A stretch of DNA of 64,000 nt from a virus, in IMG/VR virus record IMGVR_UViG_3300034280_001042, positions 1-64,000 of that record; one strand, 5' to 3'. The position numbers and the translations under genes are program-made. Below are positions 26,845 through 34,873 of this stretch, piece by piece. Numbering within the stretch: position 1 is the stretch's first letter; every line of letters begins with the position of its first letter. The notes beneath the pieces were generated by a model that did not search any database, was not told the DNA's origin, and saw only the letters and a program-made list of their open reading frames with translations.

Positions 26845-27474
26845 ATGACCAAAACAGTATACACATATTATGAGCCTCTGGGGATGGGTAGAAATTACGC
26901 AGAAGAAGATCTAATTAAAATTTGTGCAGAATCTTGGGAGAAAAATGGTTGGAAACTTGTAGTTTTAAATTATGAATTAGCCAAATCGCATGATTTTTAT
27001 TCAAGCTATTCTGAAGTTATTAAACAATTGCCTTCTGTTAATCCAGCCTTCTATGATTATCACTGCTATATTAGATGGCTAGCTATGTCTAAAATTGGCG
27101 GCGGTATAATGATAGATTACGATGTTGCTAATCTGAGTTTAACAGACGATTCTATTTTTCAACAAAAAATTATTACAGGATTTCAAGGACACGTTCCATG
27201 TGTTGTTTCAGGAACAGCGGAACAATATCTCGGGGTGTGCAAAATTTTCTGCGAATTAAGAGACAATGAAAAATGCATAGACAATAATTATAAAAAACCG
27301 CACACATCAGACATGATGATGATAGCCAGAGGATTTAAAGAAGATCAATTTAATAAAATTAATTATGTTGTTGATTACCCAAAAACGGCTCCACTTGTTC
27401 ATTGTCCTCAAGATGCGTGCTTAAAAAACAAAAGGACCAAACTTGAAGCTATGAGAGAGATTCTTAAACTATGA
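26845..27474 (+). CDS. DxD-type glycosyltransferase-like protein
   Basis: SW...GW and RWLAM..GG.MIDYDV. Confidence 0.5.
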   Translation: MTKTVYTYYEPLGMGRNYAEEDLIKICAESWEKNGWKLVVLNYELAKSHDFYSSYSEVIKQLPSVNPAFYDYHCYIRWLAMSKIGGGIMIDYDVANLSLTDDSIFQQKIITGFQGHVPCVVSGTAEQYLGVCKIFCELRDNEKCIDNNYKKPHTSDMMMIARGFKEDQFNKINYVVDYPKTAPLVHCPQDACLKNKRTKLEAMREILKL

Positions 27475-27653
27475 AAATATTATTCACACAATGGTTCAAA
27501 ACCACGCCCGAAGTTCTATCCTACAATCTTTACTGTTTGTATCAAAACCTTTCTAATGAAAGATTTGAACATATAGATTTGATACATGTTGATTGGAGAC
27601 AAGAGAAGAAGTATACTCAAAGCGCCTATCATTCTTGGCAAGATATAACCTAA
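27471..27653 (+). pseudogene. Internally deleted, in-frame paralog of 25511..26161
   Basis: First 93 nt match 25511-25603 at 82/93; the sequence then jumps to match aa ~181 onward (LIHVDWR). Confidence 0.8.
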
Positions 27654-27680
27654 ACTATAGTATAAAGAAAGGAGAAACTT

Positions 27681-28418
27681 ATGATATGTGTTTTTACCCA
27701 AACCCATGGCGACAAAAGATCAAAGCTTTATGATTGGAAGGCTAGAGATGAGAACCTTAACTTTTTCATCAGCCAATTTGATCACTCCATAATGTCATTT
27801 CATAATTCTCCTGATGAGTATAGAAAAGAAATATTAAAAAAATACAATGTTTTCAAAGAGATAAAAATTTTTAATGGAATTTTGTATGCCGAATGTATTA
27901 AGAGAATCGTAGACTATGTGAAGGAAAATAACTTCACCAAGTTTATTTTTTTTCACGATGATGTATTTAGTGTCCAGAAAGATCGTGAATTTTATGAGGA
28001 ATTGGTTGATTTCATCAAGAATTCTTCGCACGATATGATGTGCTTGGAATATGAAGGAAATCCCGAGCAACACAAGGTTCTGGAGAGTAGAAACAACTTC
28101 AATGTATTTAACACCACCAACCACGATCTGGTGAAGTCCGATCCTAAGATATGGCATTTTGATGACGCCGCGTTCGTTGCAAATGTCAAATTCTTAGACA
28201 CGATCTATAGCAAGGAATTCTTCGCAGCAGACGACCGAAAGCCGTGGGTACAAGACGGAGGACACGCAGAGTGCATACTGAGAAGCCAGATGCAACAAAA
28301 GGTCATACCTAGATATGTGCTTGACAAAAAGAGTTTAGTCAGGTGCAACCTAGTTGGTCCCTCAAGCAATAAGACGACCGAAAAGTGGTTAATAAAGAGA
28401 TTTAAGGAGGAGGATTGA
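27681..28418 (+). CDS. Putative GT-A glycosyltransferase
   Basis: FFHDDV; AGGAG RBS; visibly more GC3-rich codons than its neighbours. Confidence 0.45.
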   Translation: MICVFTQTHGDKRSKLYDWKARDENLNFFISQFDHSIMSFHNSPDEYRKEILKKYNVFKEIKIFNGILYAECIKRIVDYVKENNFTKFIFFHDDVFSVQKDREFYEELVDFIKNSSHDMMCLEYEGNPEQHKVLESRNNFNVFNTTNHDLVKSDPKIWHFDDAAFVANVKFLDTIYSKEFFAADDRKPWVQDGGHAECILRSQMQQKVIPRYVLDKKSLVRCNLVGPSSNKTTEKWLIKRFKEED

Positions 28419-28419
28419 A

Positions 28420-29001
28420 ATGATAAAAAACGAAACCAATTGGTTCAATTATGCTAATTTTTACGAGTTTATAGCAGAGCAAAATTTTAAAACTTTTGTT
28501 GAAGTTGGCGTATTTTTTGGCTTGTCAATTAGTTTTTTAGCCCAAAAAGTCAAAAGCAAAGATGGCGTAAAAATATACGGAGTTGATTTATTTGAAACTT
28601 GGGCGGGAAAAGAACAAATTGAATATTTGTATGACATAAAAGGCTTGTCTGACAAAGATAGATTGGAAAAACTTGGTGAATACAAGTATAATTTCGTTGT
28701 CAATAGATTAAATGAAGTTGGATGTAATCATTTTGTTGAACTTATAAAAAGCGATAGTTCTGCTGCCGCCTCGTTGTTTGAAAATGAATCATTAGATTTT
28801 GTTTTTATAGACGGAAACCACTGGTACGATTATGTAAAAAAAGATATAGAAGCATGGTTGCCCAAAATTAAAAAAGGTGGTATTATTTCTGGACATGACT
28901 ATCAAGCGGCGGGAGTTTCAACTGCGGTAGGAGAGACCTTTGGCGATTCGGCTAAAGTTTTTAAAGAATCTCGATCCTGCTGGTATGTGGATATCAAATA
29001 A
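28420..29001 (+). CDS. Class I SAM methyltransferase (Methyltransf_24-like), paralog of 24074
   Basis: VEVGVFFG.S, FIDGNH.Y and GGIISGHDY. Confidence 0.85.
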   Translation: MIKNETNWFNYANFYEFIAEQNFKTFVEVGVFFGLSISFLAQKVKSKDGVKIYGVDLFETWAGKEQIEYLYDIKGLSDKDRLEKLGEYKYNFVVNRLNEVGCNHFVELIKSDSSAAASLFENESLDFVFIDGNHWYDYVKKDIEAWLPKIKKGGIISGHDYQAAGVSTAVGETFGDSAKVFKESRSCWYVDIK

Positions 29002-29762
29002 TGAATATGCAAGTTATCATGTCCGACAATAGAGATGTTGAGTTTGATTTGGAAAAATGCGAATACAACACATTATCTGCAATAATAAATTACGAGTATT
29101 CTTGTCTGCACAAATATGACTTCAAGTACTTTAGGCCTTTGATAAAAGGCAAAGTTGAGTTGGCTAATTGTCTATCTCCAACTAAAAAACCCAGACATGC
29201 GGCATGGTCTAAAATTCTTTCTTGCATTAAGGCCATAGAAGAAGGTTACAAATACGATTTTGTTGTATATCTGGACTCGGATTGTGTTTTCAGTCATCAC
29301 GAAACTTCTTTAACTGATTACATTGACCGAAGCAAGAATGTATTGAATAAAAATTTGAACATGAAGTTTGATGTGTTTTTCATGAACAACCAACCATGGC
29401 ATCGCTTCTTGCCATGCTCCGGTTTTTTTCTGTTTAGGCCCAATTCCAAAGCTCTTGATTTTTTCAAAACTTGGTATCAACAAAATCAAGACGACAAGTA
29501 TAATCTTAATCATCCATGGGAACAGCACTGCCTACAGAGTTACTTAATCAAAAGTTCTAAATTTGAAGTAATAAACGACTGGATGTTTAATGATCGGAAA
29601 CAAAATCAATACTTGAGACACATAGGTCGTGGAAATCCGTTAAGAAAAACCTTTTTTAATCAAATTATTAATACATACAATCAGGAAAAAATAGAGTCTA
29701 GTCTTGAAGCGCTTAAAGAGCTTGTTGTAGCTTACGATACTACTACTATTAAGTACGATTAA
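29001..29762 (+). CDS. GT34-like (GMA12/MNN10) glycosyltransferase
   Basis: Y...H.Y, WSKI, YLDSD, SGFF and WEQ. Confidence 0.65.
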   Translation: MNMQVIMSDNRDVEFDLEKCEYNTLSAIINYEYSCLHKYDFKYFRPLIKGKVELANCLSPTKKPRHAAWSKILSCIKAIEEGYKYDFVVYLDSDCVFSHHETSLTDYIDRSKNVLNKNLNMKFDVFFMNNQPWHRFLPCSGFFLFRPNSKALDFFKTWYQQNQDDKYNLNHPWEQHCLQSYLIKSSKFEVINDWMFNDRKQNQYLRHIGRGNPLRKTFFNQIINTYNQEKIESSLEALKELVVAYDTTTIKYD

Positions 29763-29775
29763 TTAGGAACAAAAA

Positions 29776-31107
29776 ATGATTTCTAAAGACGACTACGTCT
29801 GCCCAAGCTGTCATAATGATGATAAGCAAAGAATAATCTTCTTAGGTTCAGATTTTTCTTATCAATGCAAACATTGTTTGGCTATTCATGTGTTTGTAGA
29901 AAATCTATATTCAAAATTTCAAGATAATTTTAAACATCATGGTTGCGGCTCTTATAGGTGGAAAATTAATCGATATATAGGAACATATTCTCAACAAAAT
30001 CAGTGGATTGATAATATTAATACTACGGCTAAGGATACTCATGAAATTAATCAATACGCTAACGCTAGGAAAGGTTTTGAAAAAATTATTTTAGGCATAG
30101 GTTCTGATTATAATAAAATAAATATTACTAAAGAAAAAATATCTAATAAAAATATTGATGCTAATACTTCTATTTTTATTGCTAATGCCATCAACACTAA
30201 ACACTTTCAGGATTCTTTCAGGGCGATTGTGAGAATGAAAGAAAGATTACTAGAAGAAAAAGAATCATATAAAATATTAATTATGCAACCTAATATGCAT
30301 ATTTGTAAGAACCCAGTATCAAAACTAGAGGGCATTGATGAAATATGGGTTGTTAATGATTGGAATGATAAAATGGATTGGTATTATATGTTGGGGGAAA
30401 ACGATAATAATTTGAATGATATAAAAAACCTATCCTATAGTCTAACTCAAGCACTAGACAGTTATAGAGATAATGAAACAGAGGCTGTCTCAAAAAGACC
30501 AGGACCGATGAAACAAGGAACCAAACCAATTAAAGACTTATTATACGTCCCAAAAAGAGAGCTAAGAGATAACAAGAATAGATTAATTGATGGCAAGTAT
30601 TTAGCAATTTTAATTAGAAATGATTATCCGAGCAGAGCTGGACTAGAAACAACATCTCAAATACAAGAAATATGTGAAGCTATTAAGAATCAAGGTTTTA
30701 AACCAGTCATCATAGCTTGTGATAATAGAGAAGAAGATATTTGTAAATTATTAACATTAGATGATCCTATAATAATAGCAAAAAACTTAGAAGAACAAGT
30801 AATTTTTTATAATGAACATTGCTACGGTCTTATAGGAACGAACTGTTCAGGATGTAATTTACCAGTATTATATAGTATACCAATGTTTATTTTAGCTAAA
30901 ACAAGATTTTTCCCAGACGACTTTTATTGTATGGGGCGCATATTATCCCCTCATGACTGCAATAAACTATTTAATGGCGACCTTACCAAACCAGATAATG
31001 TAAAAGAGATAAGAACAATCACGGACCAGCATACCAGTATTAAGAACCACTTAGTAGAATTTGAGGAGTGGTTGTATTCTTTAGGTAAACAAATTATTAA
31101 CACATAA
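29776..31107 (+). CDS. Zinc ribbon plus putative GT-B-like protein
   Basis: CPSC...CKHC N-terminus; ILIRN and IGTNCSG..LP in the C-terminal half. Confidence 0.4.
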   Translation: MISKDDYVCPSCHNDDKQRIIFLGSDFSYQCKHCLAIHVFVENLYSKFQDNFKHHGCGSYRWKINRYIGTYSQQNQWIDNINTTAKDTHEINQYANARKGFEKIILGIGSDYNKINITKEKISNKNIDANTSIFIANAINTKHFQDSFRAIVRMKERLLEEKESYKILIMQPNMHICKNPVSKLEGIDEIWVVNDWNDKMDWYYMLGENDNNLNDIKNLSYSLTQALDSYRDNETEAVSKRPGPMKQGTKPIKDLLYVPKRELRDNKNRLIDGKYLAILIRNDYPSRAGLETTSQIQEICEAIKNQGFKPVIIACDNREEDICKLLTLDDPIIIAKNLEEQVIFYNEHCYGLIGTNCSGCNLPVLYSIPMFILAKTRFFPDDFYCMGRILSPHDCNKLFNGDLTKPDNVKEIRTITDQHTSIKNHLVEFEEWLYSLGKQIINT

Positions 31108-31871
31108 TGAACAAAAAATTAGCATTCATATATACTTATGGTAGGATAGGATCTACAAGTTTATTTCGTAGCATATCTAATAAAACAGATGCTCATCATT
31201 TTCATAATTTCAAACCATATTTTGACAACCATCTGAATACAACAAATAATTATACTAATATAGAACAACTATTATCTTCTCAGGAATCTATCTATATAGT
31301 CACGGGGGTACGCGACCCTATAGCCAGAACAATATCTGCTCTTTTTACATGGATCACCAAAGAAGGCAGACTCAATAATTTAACTCAGTATTCTGGAGGA
31401 GGTAAGTACTTTTTAGGCCATAATAAAGAAGAAATCAAAAAGCTTGATATTAATTTGATAATACAGAAACTTTTAAACTGTTTGTCTAACGATAATATGT
31501 TTGATCAAAAAGACTGTTGGTTCAATAATAATATTCGTAATTTTTTTGATATAGATATATATAATTATTCATTCAATACCAACCAAGGATATATTCTGAT
31601 TAATCAAGATAAATATAAAACTCTAGTATATAGGCAGGAAAACTTAAGAGATAATCATGAAATGGTTAATTCTTGGTTGAACACAAGCGATATTTTGCTG
31701 GTGTCAGAAAATGAATCCAAAACCAAGTGGTACTATGACTTATACAAACAGCTATTAGAAAATATAAAATTTTCTCAAGAAATCTTGGATAAAGTATATG
31801 ATAATAAAAAAATTCGTCATTTTTATAGCGATACAGAAATATCTAACTTTTATAAGTATTATCTTTCATGA
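31107..31871 (+). CDS. Sulfotransferase-fold protein (capsular polysaccharide synthesis NKWYS-type)
   Basis: GRIGSTS (5'-PSB-like), VRDPIARTIS (3'-PB-like), N.S..KWY..LY and HFYS..EI. Confidence 0.7.
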   Translation: MNKKLAFIYTYGRIGSTSLFRSISNKTDAHHFHNFKPYFDNHLNTTNNYTNIEQLLSSQESIYIVTGVRDPIARTISALFTWITKEGRLNNLTQYSGGGKYFLGHNKEEIKKLDINLIIQKLLNCLSNDNMFDQKDCWFNNNIRNFFDIDIYNYSFNTNQGYILINQDKYKTLVYRQENLRDNHEMVNSWLNTSDILLVSENESKTKWYYDLYKQLLENIKFSQEILDKVYDNKKIRHFYSDTEISNFYKYYLS

Positions 31872-32566
31872 AAGAACCTAAAGAACCCACTAACGAATGG
31901 CGGCTGTCTTCTGATTATGATGAAGCAATTCATCTTAACGGTGGATATACTCTAGCTCTTGGATATTGCTATCTTAATAGACTAGAATATCTTTTTAAAC
32001 AGAATAATAGAAGGCTATTCCAGTTCAGAACCAAGTGGGGCTGGTGTGGTGTGAATTTTTTATTCTCTGCTATGCGGCCCGATAATATACTGATTATTAA
32101 CTCTTGGGCTAATTCTGCTATGGTTGCTAAGTCTCATACTACGCTATTTTATGTTTGGTCAGCTATTTTAAGAAACATATTAGAGGTCAGAGGACCAGAT
32201 AATAAGCCGATACCAACTATGATCATTGATATGCCAGCAGCTATCCATAGACATCTAAACTTAGAGGACAGCACAATAGATAAAACCAAATTCCTACAAA
32301 ATAGAGAAAAATATAAAGCTAAAATTATTGATCCAATTATATCTGATAATCCTAGTCATATTAGATATATTGATCTTCTCGACTATTTTTCGGCAGAGTG
32401 GGAGATGATAATAGAAAATCAAAAAAATGAGCATAATAGATCTCCTTGGCATATATCTGATCAGGTATTAGACACCATCTTTAGTCACTTTTTACAATTT
32501 ACCAATAATGCCGAACACTATTCTCACATGAATCTGATCAAAGACTTAAAACAACTAAAATTATGA
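31868..32566 (+). CDS. Hypothetical protein (possibly SGNH-like)
   Basis: ORF coupled to both neighbours; LGYC and a C-terminal PWH give only a weak hint. Confidence 0.45.
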   Translation: MKEPKEPTNEWRLSSDYDEAIHLNGGYTLALGYCYLNRLEYLFKQNNRRLFQFRTKWGWCGVNFLFSAMRPDNILIINSWANSAMVAKSHTTLFYVWSAILRNILEVRGPDNKPIPTMIIDMPAAIHRHLNLEDSTIDKTKFLQNREKYKAKIIDPIISDNPSHIRYIDLLDYFSAEWEMIIENQKNEHNRSPWHISDQVLDTIFSHFLQFTNNAEHYSHMNLIKDLKQLKL

Positions 32567-33417
32567 AAACCAAAATAGCAGATCAAAACTATAGCAAGCC
32601 TATACCCACAGCTGTAGATGGTAATAATCTATTAATAGATAAATTAAAATCTGATAAAATATTTTTCGCTGGTAGATCTGGTGGAACAGAGTGTGAGATC
32701 GTTCAAAAAATTTATAGATATAAAGAAAAAGTTCCACACCACGTTAGAGAGAGAGCATTTAAAGTAGCAGGAATATATCCTTTAACAGATGATAATTACC
32801 AAAAATTTGTAGATACATATATAAGAGGAATTAGAACTCTTGACGTTGTTGGAGTTTGGGGTGTTATTGGTTACGATTGGTTAGTAGATACCTTTTGTCC
32901 AGAAGCAGATTATATTAGATTAACTAGTCTAGAGCCTTATTATTTCCCAGATAATCCATGGAGTGCTTTTTTACAGGACAAGAAAATTCTAGTTATTCAT
33001 CCATTTGTTAATAGCATACAAAATAATTTTCTTAAAAGAGAACATCTTTTTAGAGAGACAAAAATTTTACCAAATTTCTATCTTACAACCTTAAAAGCCG
33101 ACCAAAATTATGGTAAACAAGCTGATTGGTTTGAGAGCTTAGATAAAATGAAGAATGAAATACTAAATATAGATTTTGATATAGCGATTATTGGGTGTGG
33201 CGCTTTTGGGTTGCCTTTAGGATCTTTTATTAAGGAAGTAGTTAAAAAAACAGCGATTCATTTAGGAGGTCCAGTTCAGATATTATTTGGTGTTATGGGC
33301 AGGAGATGGGAAACCAACAGCGGTATTATGAGGTTCCACAACGAATACTGGACACGACCTTTGCCCGAAGAAACTCCGGAATCTTATATGTCTGTAGAAA
33401 AAGGATGTTACTGGTAA
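32563..33417 (+). CDS. GT-D-fold-like polysaccharide biosynthesis protein
   Basis: R.GGTE, LEPYY..PW, LVIHPF, IIGCGAFGLPL and HLGG..QILFG. Confidence 0.6.
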   Translation: MKTKIADQNYSKPIPTAVDGNNLLIDKLKSDKIFFAGRSGGTECEIVQKIYRYKEKVPHHVRERAFKVAGIYPLTDDNYQKFVDTYIRGIRTLDVVGVWGVIGYDWLVDTFCPEADYIRLTSLEPYYFPDNPWSAFLQDKKILVIHPFVNSIQNNFLKREHLFRETKILPNFYLTTLKADQNYGKQADWFESLDKMKNEILNIDFDIAIIGCGAFGLPLGSFIKEVVKKTAIHLGGPVQILFGVMGRRWETNSGIMRFHNEYWTRPLPEETPESYMSVEKGCYW

Positions 33418-34274
33418 TGTCTAGTATAGACTATTTTATAGTTTGTCATAGTCAAGAATCTATTATTGAATTTTTGGATACAAAAAAATTTAATACGCTA
33501 CCTAATTATCGTTTTCTATTTGTTGGTAACAGAGAAACTAATCAACTTAAACCACTATCTAACGTAATTGTCTGTAATAAATTACCAAAAAATATAGAAG
33601 AATGTGCCAATCTATGTAGCTTTACAGCATGGTACGCTATTTCTAAAAATAAACTATACAATTCTAATCATTTATGTTTATTAGAATATGATATCGAGTA
33701 TTCTCAAGAACTACATAATAAAAATACATTTGCTATTTCCAATGAAACCAAACCATCTATTTATGGATATTCTATAGCTCCTGTTAACCATCGTGTGTTC
33801 TATAGAAGCACACCAATACTAGAACTAGCAATTCATAAAACATATAATATTGATCTATTAAATTTTATAAATAATTATGGATCTCAAGAAAAATACTGGC
33901 TCACCACCACAAACATGATGATGCATCAAAATACTCTGCGCTCATTTGTAGACTGGTATATGCCGATGATAGAACAATTTAAATATGAACCTATGAGCGC
34001 GTATGTTCATGAAAGAGCTATACATATATTTTTTTTACTTAAGAATATTCAGCTTAACTATATAAAAAATGCTATTAAACATCACCAAAAATGTTCACAC
34101 AGCATAGAAGATGTTTATGGATATTTTTTGAAAAACAAACAAGAAAAATACCTGATCTCCTCGGATATGCCAGAATACGATCTATTGTACACAAACATAC
34201 TATGCGAGCTTGACAAAAAGTACAACTCCAGTATGATAGACCATGTAAACTCAAAGGAAACAGGATCAAAATGA
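33417..34274 (+). CDS. Putative glycosyltransferase-like protein
   Basis: Likely start ATG 33417 (TAATG overlap); FTAWY, LLEYD and HER. Confidence 0.45.
   Translation: MSSIDYFIVCHSQESIIEFLDTKKFNTLPNYRFLFVGNRETNQLKPLSNVIVCNKLPKNIEECANLCSFTAWYAISKNKLYNSNHLCLLEYDIEYSQELHNKNTFAISNETKPSIYGYSIAPVNHRVFYRSTPILELAIHKTYNIDLLNFINNYGSQEKYWLTTTNMMMHQNTLRSFVDWYMPMIEQFKYEPMSAYVHERAIHIFFLLKNIQLNYIKNAIKHHQKCSHSIEDVYGYFLKNKQEKYLISSDMPEYDLLYTNILCELDKKYNSSMIDHVNSKETGSK
34210..34237 (+). promoter_or_regulatory. Sigma70-type promoter (TTGACA-16 nt-TATGAT) for the nucleotide-metabolism block
   Basis: TTGACA 34210-34215 and TATGAT 34232-34237, 33 nt upstream of the dCMP deaminase ATG. Confidence 0.6.
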
Positions 34275-34738
34275 GACCATCTTGGACGGATTATTTTTTG
34301 GGATTGTCTAAAGTTGTTTCTCAACGAAGTCATGATATACATACTCAACATGGGTGCGTAATAACAGACAATCATAATAGAATTTTGGGAGTAGGATACA
34401 ATGGATTTGCCAGAGGGCTAGATGACTCATTATTACCTAAAACCAGACCAGAAAAATATCATTGGATGATCCATGCTGAACGTAATGCTTTATCAAATTG
34501 TGTTGTTCGTCCAGATAATGGAATCGCTTATGTCTCAGGCCAATGCTGTAATGACTGTATAATGGCCTTATGGCAAGAAGGAATTACCAAAGTAATTATG
34601 TCAAATGATCATGGTACAAAGTTGTTTGATGCTGAAGCTTCAGAAAAATTTGACTTATTTGTTAAAATGAGTGGAATTTCTGTGGAAAAAATTTCTCCAG
34701 ATCTTTCTTGGCTGAAACAGCTTTGTGGTGTATCTTGA
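34271..34738 (+). CDS. dCMP deaminase (ComEB-like)
   Basis: RPSW..YF, GYNG, HAE.NA and CCNDC zinc motif. Confidence 0.9.
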   Translation: MRPSWTDYFLGLSKVVSQRSHDIHTQHGCVITDNHNRILGVGYNGFARGLDDSLLPKTRPEKYHWMIHAERNALSNCVVRPDNGIAYVSGQCCNDCIMALWQEGITKVIMSNDHGTKLFDAEASEKFDLFVKMSGISVEKISPDLSWLKQLCGVS

Positions 34739-34872
34739 TTACAAGAACATGTTTTTACATATTATATATACTGTATTTTTATCATTCTTTTACTGGTGAC
34801 ACAAATATGATCAATCATCATTTTGAAGTTGCCACTCTCACTGGACTACTAGTACTAATTAATAGGAGATAA
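34735..34872 (+). CDS. Unlisted 45-aa hydrophobic protein (MITRTCFYILYILYFYHSF...ATLTGLLVLINRR)
   Basis: TTG overlaps the upstream TGA; the stop ends 1 nt before the RNR ATG, so the ORF fills the gap. Confidence 0.5.
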   Translation: MITRTCFYILYILYFYHSFTGDTNMINHHFEVATLTGLLVLINRR

Positions 34873-34873
34873 T

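Noticed and set aside
11658-34274. Bacterial capsule or O-antigen locus (window being chromosomal)
   Set aside because: No export, polymerase or initiating transferase genes; flanked by phage-type replication and structural genes with phage-like packing
23289-34733. Additional GGTGTAT copies at 23289 and 34727
   Set aside because: Both lie inside coding sequence, and a few chance heptamer hits are expected in 64 kb
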